Origin: Felis catus
Taxonomy: Eukaryota
NCBI RefSeq assembly: GCF_018350175.1
Contig: NC_058368.1
Coordinates: 49,290,001 to 49,353,814, forward strand
Length of the DNA: 63,814 nt
Direction of reading: 5' to 3'
The notes under the pieces were generated by a model that worked only from the letters and a program-made list of their open reading frames with translations, was not told the DNA's origin and searched no databases. The translations under genes and the position numbers were made by a program. Positions 49,819 to 61,495 of the stretch are shown here, piece by piece; position 1 is the stretch's first letter; every line of letters starts with the position of its first letter.

Positions 49819-50189
49819 GGTCTATGTTGTAGGTCATTGTTCATCTTGGAAAACAAACAAACAAACAAACAAACAAGGAATGAATTTGTACTCAAGTGGT
49901 AGCAGTAAGTATTTACTCCTGTATAAAGCAGCTTAATTTTCACAAGCTCAGAACTTGGATATAACTAAAAGCAAACGTGATGTCAAAAGCAGGAGTTTTG
50001 AAGAAGGGAGAAATTTCATGTTGGTGATTTTTCAATAGTCCTAACTTGTGAAAAAGCCAAGAGGTAAAACTGTTGAGTCAATCCAAAGCTATGGTTTTAC
50101 AAGGGGTTTCATCAGAAGGACAAAGGGCAAGAGAGGCAGCATCATAGTGAAAGAGTGACTGAGGTGACTGATTTTAGAATCTAGGTTAC

Positions 50190-50383
50190 AGGCACTTGGG
50201 TGGCTCAGTTGGTTGAGTGTCTGACTTAGGGTCTGGTCATGATCTCACAGTTCATGAGTCTGAGCCCATGTTGGGCTCCATGCAGACAGTGCGGAGCCTG
50301 CTTAGGATTCCCTCTCCTTCTCTGCCCCGTCCTTGCTCACATTCTCTCTCAAAAATAAACATTTAAAGTACAATACAATAAAA
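50190..50383 (+). mobile_element. Can-SINE
   Basis: Head/body/tail; tttagaatcta on both flanks. Confidence 0.93.
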
Positions 50384-51119
50384 TTTAGAATCTACATTAG
50401 AAAGGGAAGAAAGTGAATCTAGAAAGAAACAGATTAAAGGAAATGCAGTAGTCTGGGTCCTGAAAGTTTCCAAAGGTCCAAGAGTAGGCATATTGGTGTT
50501 ACAGAGTTGGGAGGGATATGTTTGTTATGGTTAAAGAGAGTGATAAATTGAAGTTGAATACTTCATATATAATAGAGTATGCTAGATTTCAATATATTTC
50601 AAGATGGGTCAGATTCTGAATTCAGAGATAAAGACAATTACATCTTAGTAAAAGAAGTGTCTTGGATTGAGCTATCCACAAAGACACTGAAGTCGTTTTG
50701 GAAGTTACTGAGATTAAAGTAAAAAGTTTAGATACCAGAAAGGCATTGCTAAGAAGTTTTATGTTGATCAACGAATAGTGCTCTCTCTCTTGAAATTCAT
50801 CCAAAAGTGAAAATGCATTGAAAATATAAAATGTACAATAGATTGAAACAGTCAAACAATAAGTCAAACTTATTTTGAGAATTAGCCAAGGCAACACAAA
50901 CCATCAATAGCATTATGGAAAATAGATTAAAATATTTGGGTTTAACTTAATTGATAAGTATCTTCCCAGAAAAATTTGCTGTTTTATTTCCTTTTTATAC
51001 CAGCTTTTTAAAAAAAATGTGCTTCTTAAACATTTTTGGTTGCATCATCTTCATATAACATATATATTATATAATGGTATGTATTTTACTAAACTACACC
51101 AATATACTACTGTGTCTTT

Positions 51120-51232
51120 TTCGTCCCCAGCTTTACTGAGATGTAATGGACACATAACATTGTGTGCATATAAAGTATAACAGCATGATGGTTTGATGTA
51201 TGTATGTTTTGCAAAATGATTACCACAATAGG
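51120..51232 (-). mobile_element. L1 3' end fragment
   Basis: cagctttactgagatgtaatggacacataacattgtg...aaaatgattaccacaatag. Confidence 0.8.
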
Positions 51233-51682
51233 GACCAGACGTGTTCAAAGAAGCTGTATGATGGGGAATTGGAATGGAAATGGAAATGGAAAAGGATCTC
51301 TGGGTATGTTATGGCTTAAATTTAAATTATGAGTTTGTAATTGGTACCATTTGCCCAGTGAATTCAGTTGCTCTAACAGTTGTTAGCCTCATTCATGAGA
51401 AGGAAGTTAAGGATCTATGAATATAAAATAATGAAAATGTAACTTCTACAGACACTGAAATGACTAAAAATGAAGGCAGCATATGGGACAGAGAGGAAGA
51501 ATGTGAGTCAGGTGTTACATTATTCAATAAAATCAGAGCAAGGCATGACCATTGCAGAAAGGGCAAATACAATTGAAGAGACACGAGAGGATAGTAGAGT
51601 TATGTGGTAGGATCCTTGGAAGTTTCACCCAAATATGGAAGCCTATCAGTCCTTCACAACATCTATTTTTAAAGAAACTCTT

Positions 51683-51808
51683 GGGGCACGTATGTGGCTC
51701 AGTCAGTTAAGCAACTGGGTCTTGATTTTGGCTTAGGCCATGATCTGGCAGTTCATGGGATCAAGCCTCACATTGGGCTCTGTGCTGACAGTGCTGAGCC
51801 TGTTTGGG

Positions 51809-51854
<46 letters not shown>

Positions 51855-51905
51855 CTCATGATTTATCTCTCAAATTTTAAAAATTAATAAATAAACTTTA
51901 AAATA
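51683..51905 (+). mobile_element. Can-SINE with long (CT)n
   Basis: Head ggggcacgtatgtggctcagtcag; (CT)n at ~51810-51852. Confidence 0.93.
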
Positions 51906-52914
51906 AAGTCTTATTCTGTTGAATGGAAGCATTTTTTAATGTTTTGATAGATAATCTCACATTAATTTCCTCAACAGGTAGTATTACCAATAGCTGTTAG
52001 GAAAGTTGTGTATTTACCATCACTATACATGGTCAAGTCAGTATAGTATAATGCACATATTTGAACCTAAGTAAAGACAAGACCTTTTAAAACATCTTAA
52101 AATATGTGTGTGTGTTTTTAAGGGCCAATCAGGCACCAAAGAGTACAAGTTTCAGGCATTTAGATTTGGTTTTAATATAAGAATCTCTCGGTGGTAAGAT
52201 CTTTCCTTTGAACAGCTGCAGGAGATGATGATTTGCTCATTGTTTGGACATGTTGAAGCTGGGTAGCAATGTTAGAAAGGGGATTCTACTGCCATGAAAG
52301 TGTCTTAAAAATTGCTGAACTTGCAACCATAAAATAGGTCTATGAAATTGATATAACAAATTTCCAAGTATTCCACTGAAGAACCACATCTACAAATAAA
52401 GATTACAGAGACATGATTTTTCTACCAGGGCTCTTGAGGAAGATTTCAAGCAATAAATTTAACCAGTCTTGCCCATAGGCCACAATACGTGGGTATATCC
52501 ACAATATCCAACCTCCTCAAGAAGCTTCTTCTAGCTTAAGCATAAAGGGAGAGGAATGTGAATGGCTATTTCCATGATTTCTACTTTTCTTAGTGTCTTC
52601 TTGTGACTGGAGAGGTATTCCACTTACTCCTAATTTGAATGATACTAGTGTCCCTGGAGCTCTTAGAGGTACCTCCAGCACAGCTTAATCAGCAACTCAA
52701 CTGTTGAAGTTGTCTGAAAAGCAAGCCCTCCACAGTGAATGTATCTTCCCAGCATATGCCAGATACCCAACTCTTTTTCATGGCTCCAGGTGCCAAGCTA
52801 AATGACTGCCTCATGTCTTAGGCCAAGATTAGGCAGTGTCCACAGAGCCATTTTCCCCAAAGTTTGTGCAAATCTGGGGGATGCATCACTTCTTCTATAT
52901 AAGATGAAAAAATT

Positions 52915-53112
52915 GGGATGCATGGGTGGCTCAAACATCGGACTCTAGATTTTAGCTCAGGTCATGATCTCACAGTTTGGTTCCTGAGTTTGAGCCCTGC
53001 ATGGGGCTCCACACTGGCAGTTTGGAGCATCCTTGGGATTCTTTCACCCTCCTTCTCTTTGCCCCTCCCCAGCTTGCACTCTAAGTAAATAAATAAACTT
53101 AAAAAAAAAAAA
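52915..53112 (+). mobile_element. Can-SINE
   Basis: gggtggctca...gctcaggtcatgatctcacag...aaataaataaacttaaaaaa. Confidence 0.9.
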
Positions 53113-53342
53113 CTCCCTATGGACTACACTAGGTTTACTCTCTTGCTCTTGTCCTCTTCAATGTGCCTGCCCACCTATATTATATTTTAAGCCAATGCCT
53201 CCTAAAATAGAATTAGTAAACTACCTTCCTACCCGTTCTTGTTTGTTTGTTTGTTTGTTTGGCTTGTTTCTTATAGCTTTGTTGGCTCATTGGCTCTTTA
53301 TTTTGAGTTTTAATGGTAATTGTGGGATTTCCTATTTCACAG

Positions 53343-53521
53343 GTGAAACAACCACAATAGAGAAATCATGTCTAACATGGGAATTATGCCAGTAGATATG
53401 TATGATTTTCCAAATACATTTCCTAAAACTTACCATGGTCTAGATTTTCATATTTCTTTTTAATTATTTACTTCTAGCATTCTATTTGAGATCTTCCAGT
53501 ATGAGGAAGTCCTATATGAAT
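53343..53521 (+). pseudogene. Two candidate pseudo-exons (53343-53399, 53478-53521)
   Basis: ctatttcacag|...|gtatga, 78-nt intron, tttacttctag|...|gtatat; splice reads *NNHNREIMSNMGIMPVDIILFEIFQYEEVLYE. Confidence 0.4.
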
Positions 53522-53710
53522 GTATATATCCCTCTAGGAGTGAATTTGAGAGAAAAAGTAGTTACAACTACAGATTCAAACCAAATCAATACTTGAGTAC
53601 TGTAGAGATCTACGGTTAAGGGAAATTACTTATTTAACACTATTTAGGCACATTTTACCTTGGAATGTCACCATAATTTGTATACATTAAAAATGTATTT
53701 TAAAAGATGA

Positions 53711-54035
53711 AATATGGCCTTTTGTAGCAACGTGGATGGAACTGGAGAGTGTGATGCTAAGTGAAATAAGCCATACAGAGAAAGACAGATACCATATGGT
53801 TTCACTCTTATGTGGATCCTGAGAAACTTAACAGGAACCCATGGGGGAGGGGAAGGAAAAAAAAAAAAAAGAGGTTAGAGTGGGAGAGAGCCAAAGCATA
53901 AGAGACTGTTAAAAACTGAGAACAAACTGAGGGTTGATGGGGGGTGGGAGGGAGGCGAGGGTGGGTGATGGGTATTGAGGAGGGCACCTTTTGGGATGAG
54001 CACTGGGTGTTGTATGGAAACCAATTTGTCAATAA

Positions 54036-54087
<52 letters not shown>
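53711..54087 (+). mobile_element. Young 5'-truncated felid L1 with an (AT)n tail
   Basis: End of ORF2 (gcaacgtggatggaactggagagtgtgatgctaagtgaaataagc) plus 3' UTR; 10-bp TSD taaaagatga (53701-53710, 54088-54097). Confidence 0.96.
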
Positions 54088-54095
<8 letters not shown>

Positions 54096-55159
54096 GAGTT
54101 TTAGAGCATAACTGAAAAATAGAATATTAATAATTATTATTATGGTTATTCTGCTTATAAATGAATTTAGTGCTAGCATAGCCAGCATAGCAATCTTTTC
54201 CTTTTTCTTCATTTAAATCCCCCATACAGTATTCTTCTTCTATTCTATCCATAGAAAGTTAAGAAATGATGTGAAAGTGTTTATATCCTTTAATCTGTGT
54301 ACACAGAATTCTAAGTTATATAGCTGTAGTAGAATTAACAGAGTTCAAACTACTTAGTGTTTCAGAGGATGAATTTGAGACTCATAGGAGTTGAGTTGGC
54401 TACAGACCTGAGATTTATTTTTTCTCTCCACATATGGAGGGGAATCAGTTCTCCTGCCCCATTATTGTACTTTTCCCAATACTCTTGGAAGTTTGTAAGA
54501 TACAAAATGGTTTCATCAACCTCAGCTGTAGCTAGGAACTCAATTGGCTCAAAGCAGATTTCAAGGAAACATTGAGTCCATTCTGAGTTTAATAAAATTC
54601 TACTTTTGCTTTAAAAATGGCCATTTCCTAAATTTGAACATTTTATCCAAACACTCAGAGCATGTTACTCTTACAAAAAAATTAAAGACAAATTTTACTC
54701 CTTAATCACTTCCTTTGCTTTTTAAAGTAGACATCTCTAACTGGAAAAACTTGAAAGTATGAGCTACAAAAAAGATTAATTTTCTTTCTCATCACAAATA
54801 CCATAGTCCTTCAGTCATTTATAACTTTTTCCTGGCAGAGCTGCCCTGCATCATTTATATGATCTTTTCCCAAGCCCTGGCCAGGTTTCTCTGGTGCTGC
54901 TTTCCAGGAATTTCTGGATTAGAACCATATTTTTCGTGTATTCATTTTTTTTTCCTTCAATAATTATGTCTTCTTTTTCTCCATCACATTTAGCTATTAG
55001 ATATGCTGGCTAACATCACAGTGATATTTTAAAAAAAATTTTTAGTCCCCATCTAAATGATGGTATCAGGCCATCATTAAGCCTCATGAATAAAAACCTT
55101 ATGGAACTTATAAATTTGAAAACATTTTAAAAAATATTTTTACACTATTATTTATCCTT

Positions 55160-56172
55160 TTAAAAGTTTGAGGTACAAACTGGCATGCAATTAACTGTTT
55201 TTAAATCATACAATTTGATGGGGTGCCTGGGTGGCTCAGTCAGTGAAGCTTAAGCATCCAGCTCTTGATTTCCACTCAAGTCATGATCTCAAGCTTGTGA
55301 GATCGAGCCCCACATCGGGCTCCATGCTGAGTGTGGAGCCTGCTTGGAATTTTTCTCTCCCCCTAACCTGTCTCTCTCTTAAAAATCAATGAATAAACTT
55401 AAAAAATAAATCATACAATTTGATAAGTTTGGACCTATAGGTACATCTATGAAAACCGTCACCACCATCAAGATAATGAAGATATCATTCATTCCTCCAA
55501 ATTCTCTCATGCCTGTTTATAATCCTTCCCTCCAACTCCTCCACATATGTCTTGCTGACTGCCAGGCAACCATTGACCTGCTTTCAGTCATGATCAATTT
55601 ATTTGCATTTTCTAGAATCTTACATAAATCTTATACAGTATGTATTCTATTGTATCTAGCTTTTTTTCACACAACATAATTATTTTGTGATTCACCCATG
55701 CTGTAGCATATTTAAATAGTTCATCTGCTTTACTGCTGAGAGTATTCAGTTGAATGGATGTATCAGTTTGTTTATCCATTTATTTGTTGATGGACATTTG
55801 GCTGGCTTCCAGTTTGGGTCTATCACAAATAAAGTTGCTATGAACATTCATATACAAAATCTTCCGACATATGTTTCTATTTTTTACAGGTAAACACTGA
55901 GGAGTGGAAAAGCTCAATCACATGGTAAATGTATGTTGAGCTTTGTAAGAAATCCACAAACTGTTTTACCAGGTTACTGTACCATTCGACATTACCATGA
56001 GCAGGGTATAAGAGTTCCATTTCATCCGTGTCCTTAGCAACTCGTGATAGTCTTTTTTCTTTGTAGCCATTCTTATAAATATATTCTTATATATATATAT
56101 AAATATATGGTGATACATCATTTTGATTTTAATTTGCTTTTCTCTAATGACTAATGATGTTGAGCACCTTTT
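55160..56172 (-). mobile_element. Old L1 (L1MB/L1MC-like) 3' region, split by a SINE
   Basis: ccaggcaaccattgacctgctttc...ttgatggacatttgg...aataaagttgctatgaacattc...ctaatgatgttgagcacc. Confidence 0.9.
55220..55406 (+). mobile_element. Can-SINE
   Basis: Perfect 18-bp TSD taaatcatacaatttgat (55202-55219, 55407-55424). Confidence 0.96.
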
Positions 56173-57040
56173 ACAACTACTCTTCTTGGTAACAATGGAA
56201 CCAGTGGCTTTGATATTTGTACCAATACCCTGGGGTCTTAGAGAACTGAGTTATCTACACACAAATGGTTGGCCTGAGTGAGATCAAGAGTACTCATCTA
56301 ATGGGAAACCCTAGAAGTACATAAATCTCCCTTCAATCAAGATGACAAACTGAAATAAAACATGTAGCTGGTAGAAATTATATCACAGATAAGGAAAAGG
56401 GAAACAGTATCTTTAAAATTCAAAGAGAAATAATTCCTCAGATATTATGTAGTGTAAGAACCAACTTTTTCTTTGAAAATTACTTGATCCTCAATAATAT
56501 GTAAAAAGGAATGATTAGAATAGAAGAGGAGCAGAAAACCTCAGGAAGAGATCAGACTCAGATTAAAGAGCAACCATGTAAAATGACAATAAATGTGCCA
56601 TCTCAATGTTTGAAGGAAAATGTGTGTGATGCTAGATTTTTATTCTAGCTAAATTGCCTGTCACCTGTGAAAGCAACAAAGATATCCACAGATATTTGAG
56701 AGCTCCAAAAAAAAAAAAGAAAGAAAAAGAAAAAGAAATTAGTAAATCACACTTAGTTTAAAAAAATAAAGACGAAGTACCTCATTAAACTGAGGAATGA
56801 ATTCATATATTTACTTGTTAAATAAATATTGAATCATTGTCATTGTCAGGCAATGTGTTTGGGGTTCTGGGAAACAATAGAAAAGACACCACTTTTCATC
56901 AAATAGATGTTGGCCTTTAAAATGCATTGCTAACCATGGATTATTAAAAAAAATTATTTAGTATTTAACACTTCTCATTTAAAGGACAGGAATTTAGTAA
57001 CCATTAAAATGGTGTATGGTTTACTGTTTTATTTGGCAAG

Positions 57041-57639
57041 GTCACTGACGGACCTGTTCTGACTAATCCAATACCATGGTTAATGCAAACTTCGTGGTCA
57101 TTTACCACTTACGTTAAATGGGTGGGAGCAACCAATTACTAAATAAATGAGCGAATAAGTAAATAAAATATTTGATTATAAAGTCATCTGTCACCTTTAT
57201 TTTCAGATTTGCAGAAGATTTCAACATTGCTTATAGTTACAACCCTGAGGTACTCTGCATGTGCTTTCATTGTACAATAGATAGGAACAATGTCTGTTTT
57301 GAGAATTCTGAGTAACAGACAATCTATGTAGATCTTTAATTTCAAGTGACAACTACTGGTCACATTCTGTCCTGAAAATGATTGATTTAACAAAGAGTGG
57401 GGGAGGGAATCTGATCTCTGATTTATCTGCCCCACTATCCCTAGGTTAGGCACATTCTTGGTAATGTACTGAATGAAGGCTTTTATGTCACTTGTATAAA
57501 TGTCAACCTGGAAAATGTTAGAATTTTGACTTTTACCAGACACAGCAACTGAAAAGCTTTTCTGACAGGAAGTTACTTAGCTAGTAGGCTCCAGAAAGAG
57601 TATGAAGAACGAGAAGAACCGCTCTCACAGAACCCCTAG
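57041..57639 (+). pseudogene. Three candidate pseudo-exons (57041-57078, 57207-57249, 57540-57599/57639)
   Basis: Canonical AG/GT boundaries; splice reads SLTDLF*LIQYHDLQKISTLLIVTTLRHSN*KAFLTGSYLASRLQKE (alternative frame VTDGPVLTNPIP*FAEDFNIAYSYNPE). Confidence 0.4.
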
Positions 57640-57800
57640 AAACTGAACATGGAGTCTCCCCTCTTTACAATCCCATGCTGTTTCCAGAATTTACTTCATA
57701 TAATGGAAGGTTTTTTTGTTAGGACCACAAAGAGGGGGGAAAAAGACTTCAGAAAAACAACATAAATTTCTTCACTATTATTTCCGCATTCCTTGTTGAC

Positions 57801-58073
57801 NNNNNNNNNNNNNNNNNNNNNNNNNNNNNNNNNNNNNNNNNNNNNNNNNNNNNNNNNNNNNNNNNNNNNNNNNNNNNNNNNNNNNNNNNNNNNNNNNNNN
57901 NNNNNNNNNNNNNNNNNNNNNNNNNNNNNNNNNNNNNNNNNNNNNNNNNNNNNNNNNNNNNNNNNNNNNNNNNNNNNNNNNNNNNNNNNNNNNNNNNNNN
58001 NNNNNNNNNNNNNNNNNNNNNNNNNNNNNNNNNNNNNNNNNNNNNNNNNNNNNNNNNNNNNNNNNNNNNNNNN
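57801..58073. other. Assembly gap (N run)
   Basis: Run of n. Confidence 1.
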
Positions 58074-58965
58074 TAAAAGTTGTGCTTCAAGCCACATCAG
58101 AGTTATTTTTATGGACAAAATCTCCAGTGAGATCGTTGACGACGTGTGTACTCATGACTCTCAAAGGAAAGAATGGGACATAATGCCAGCCTGTTAGCAA
58201 TCCTTCAAAAACAGTAGGACACTTTCAAGTCATTCTTCATTGTAAAATACTAACAAATATTTCCAGAAAACTCCCTTTAGTTTTGTGCCATTTTATTTAT
58301 ATATGTGTATGTATGCTATATACGTATAAATATTTCATATAAATGAATTAGGTCTATTGGAACAGCTTTGGATAACTGTTTAATAACTAATTCAGATAAC
58401 AATGTAAATAAACTATTATCTAATTGTCCAATGAAATTTTATATATGTTCCAAATTGCTTTCTGGAACTTACCACCTTTTTGAGCAATGAGGTATTGCTC
58501 AAATATTAAATGATACTGTGTAGCTTTAAAATACAAGAATGGTCTCATTGGGGAAAAAAAAAACATACCTTGTAACTAGACAGAAATAAATTATAGGGCC
58601 TAAACCTTATGTTATTCATATTTAGAATACAACAAAAGGGAAGATACTATTTGTGACTATACCTGTGATTCCAAAGCTGAGTGTAAAGGTAACTGAAGTT
58701 GAGCTCATAATCTCAAGAAGTCAGAGTAATTGTTTAGGTTATCAATGATGATACTGAAGTCACTGGGAATGTTGCCAGGATTCAAGTGAAAAGAATATGG
58801 AGTCATGTTCAAAATCTTAGGGAAACCAAGAATTGAGAGTGGCCTTGCTTTCATTCATGTCTTTAGCATTTTTCCTTTCATTATAACTGTGTCCTCATAC
58901 TCAATATGTAGAATGATATATATCATTTCCTTAGCATAAGATTTTTAAGATTTTTTTTTATGATG

Positions 58966-59155
58966 GGGGCACCTGGGTGTCTTGGTTGAGTGTCCATCAC
59001 CAGCTGAGGTCATGATCTCACAGTTTGTGAGCATCAGGCTTGCTGCTGTCAGCTCAGAGCCCACTGTGAATGTTCCGTTCCCCTCTCTCTGTCCCTCCCC
59101 CACTCCCGCTCCTGCTCTCACTCTCAAAAACAAATAATTTTTTTAATTAAAGAAA
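58966..59155 (+). mobile_element. Diverged Can-SINE
   Basis: ggggcacctgggtg...aggtcatgatctcacagtttgtgag; tttatgatg on both flanks. Confidence 0.88.
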
Positions 59156-60122
59156 AAAGGTTTCTTTATGATGACCCAAAGCATGTAGGTAGGAAGAATG
59201 ACCCAAGGCCTTACGTAGGACTAACCTGGACTGGAGAAAACAACCTAGATAAGGAGGTTATGATGAAGTATAGCATAAGGGTCAGACACAGTGCCCAAGA
59301 GAGATAGGGACCAAAGTCACTCTTGTGGGAATTGAAGAACAATGAGTGAAGCATGGCAACACAGAACTGGGGTGAGCATGCCCTCCTTAGACGCCTATCA
59401 GGCTAAGAATAAAGGAAAAGTCTCCCTAGGCAAGGAGAGTGGCAAGTACAAGGGAGGGGAGATATCCCCAAGAATTTAACTGAAGCAGGGAAATGCTGTC
59501 CTGGGCTGAATGACAGGATGGGACTGAGAATCAAGGCAGAATCCCACACTCCCAAACCAAGCCAATACAAATGAAAAAGCTTCCAAGTGTCAAAAGAGAT
59601 TCGGGGAGAAGGCTAGGCAGGATAAATCCAGTGACCGTAAGTTTATATAAATTTGAGTCCACTTTAAGCAAACGAATACAATGTTATTAGCGGCAAGTAT
59701 TAGGACTCTTCTCAAAAACTTGGGACATCTCTGTGCATGTAGGGTTCTATAGCTTCAACTCCATTGGCTTTACCTGTGCAAGGGAAGGGGCTTGAAAGGG
59801 ATATCGTGAGAACTTTGTGATTGTCCCTAAAGCACCTACAATTTCCTGACTACACTCCTGAAGCTACTACAGGAAAGTATTTTCTGCCCCGTCTGAATGG
59901 TCTGGGAATCAGAGCGGACTGCACCTTCAACTGCCAGGATTACAGGGGCTGACGGTGGCAATGTGGAAAGAATGGAATTAGGAAAAGTGAAGCAAGAAAT
60001 TTACACAGAAATCTCTGATTTGCAACAGTGAGATGAGAACAGTGATTTCCTTGCTAAATTTCAAAAGATGATTTGGGTATCAGAAAATACAATTACACAC
60101 ACTTACATGTATATCTGAGCAT

Positions 60123-60157
<35 letters not shown>

Positions 60158-60202
60158 GAAAAATGTATATAGGAATGTGAGGAACCAAAAAGACAAATAC
60201 CA

Positions 60203-60415
60203 GGGTGTGCCTGGGTTGATCCGTTGGTTCAGTGTCTGACTTTGGCTTAAGTCATGATCTCGCGGTCCATGCGTTTCAGCCCTGCATCAGGCTCTCTGCT
60301 GTCAGCTCGGAGCCTGGAGCCTGCTTCAGATTCTGTGTCTCCCCCTCTCTGCCCCTCCCCCTGCTTGCACTCTGTCTCTCTCTCTCAAAAATAAATAAGC
60401 ATTAAAAATTTTTTT
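60203..60415 (+). mobile_element. Felid Can-SINE
   Basis: TSD aaaaagacaaatacca / aaaaagacaaatgcca. Confidence 0.95.
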
Positions 60416-60764
60416 AAAAAGACAAATGCCAGGATAAAACAGTAACATGCACCAAGCAACAATTTTTTTAATAATTTTTCAACTATAAACTATGTTAGAA
60501 TCACATTAAAGAAAAAAAAAAAGAGTAATCATGACCAATCCAACCCAGATACATCCGTTTTATTTTTGTTCACTTTTCTCAGATTTTTAAAATATACATC
60601 TTTGCTTATATAACCCCTTGTCCTTTGAAGCAGTACAGGATGTTCCTCAGTGTTAAAACAGATCTCTACTACTTACTAACTTCTAAACTGCCCCCCTCCT
60701 TTCTTTGAGTCTGGTCAAGCTGCACTTCATGCTTTAAGCATCATTTTCAACCCTGGTGCTAACT

Positions 60765-61265
60765 GCTTAACAACAGCTAATGTAGCCCTTGATTTCATTA
60801 ATGGAAGCATAATGCCCAGAACACAGGTGTTAATAGCCCCTCTCTACCCTGGGCTGGGCAGACCACATGCAGATCACTATGTTCATTCTCAAAAACACAT
60901 TTTATAAGGGTCATTGACAAATGGAATTACATTCGTTCAAAAGAGGATTATCAGGATGGTGAATGCCAAATGAGGGACATTAAAGAAATTGAGGGTGTTT
61001 AACCTTGAGAAGAAAAGCCCTGCAATGAAATGGGGAGATGTGATAGATCCCATCAATTATCTGAAGTTTTGCCATGTGGAAGAAGCATTAGGCTTGTTCC
61101 ATGCAGCTTGACCATTAGGTGGAAGTTACTGGGAATCAAGTTGCTGCTCAATCTCAGTGAACTTTCTAACAAGGAAGTCTGCCTGAAATTTTAATAAGCT
61201 CTCTGCTCCCCGTCCCTCAGAGTGTTCAAGCAGAGATTGGAGCACCACCTGGCAGATGTGCTTAA
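60765..61265 (+). mobile_element. L3/CR1 LINE 3' fragment
   Basis: gctaatgtagcccttgatttcattaatggaagcat...cctctctaccctgggctgggcagaccacat...cattgacaaatgga...gtgtttaaccttgagaagaaaag mirrors the CR1 RT C-terminus (PLYxALxRPHL...DIxKLE). Confidence 0.8.
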
Positions 61266-61442
61266 TTGGAAGATAAGTCGAACTGGCTGGAGTTACAAAC
61301 TCAGATGTCTTCAAAGCCGCAGGCAGGTACGTGAGAGGAAGCAGACCAGAGTTACCACAGGGAGATGAAGCATGTGGCATGCCAGAGTGATGCCCCACCC
61401 CCACCTGAGGGCTTGTACTTTCATTTTTGAAGCATTCTGATT

Positions 61443-61443
61443 A

Positions 61444-61491
<48 letters not shown>
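61443..61491. repeat. (CA)n microsatellite
   Basis: Directly visible. Confidence 0.97.

Positions 61492-61495
<4 letters not shown>

Larger units (their letters stand above)
3070..57639 (+). pseudogene. Candidate decayed multi-exon (unitary) pseudogene of unidentified family
   Basis: About 25-30 segments in non-repetitive DNA bounded by polypyrimidine-AG and GT donors. Central segments splice in consistent phase into a protein-like frame with scattered stops. Built by eye, no homology search. Confidence 0.5.

Noticed and set aside
52216-52262. Exon-like segment LQEMMICSLFGHVEA
   Set aside because: Lies in sequence resembling an L3/CR1 3' end.
57184-57543. 119-aa minus-strand ORF
   Set aside because: No recognisable domain or splice context; it mostly overlaps a predicted + strand intron.
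3347-57639. All premature stops can be explained by C-to-T changes from CAA/CAG/CGA
   Set aside because: True of any stop codon by construction, so it is not evidence for the pseudogene.
19280-57639. Specific family assignments (GREB1-type glycosyltransferase, caspase, BACK domain, PI-PLC X, actin-like, nucleotidyltransferase)
   Set aside because: Each rests on one short motif, and motif order or spacing does not fit; no gene symbol is justified.
57696-58197. ORFs over 110 aa
   Set aside because: Artefacts of reading through the N gap.
58479-58503. 10-bp perfect inverted repeat tttgagcaat-gaggt-attgctcaaa
   Set aside because: Isolated, and compatible with chance in 64 kb of AT-rich DNA.
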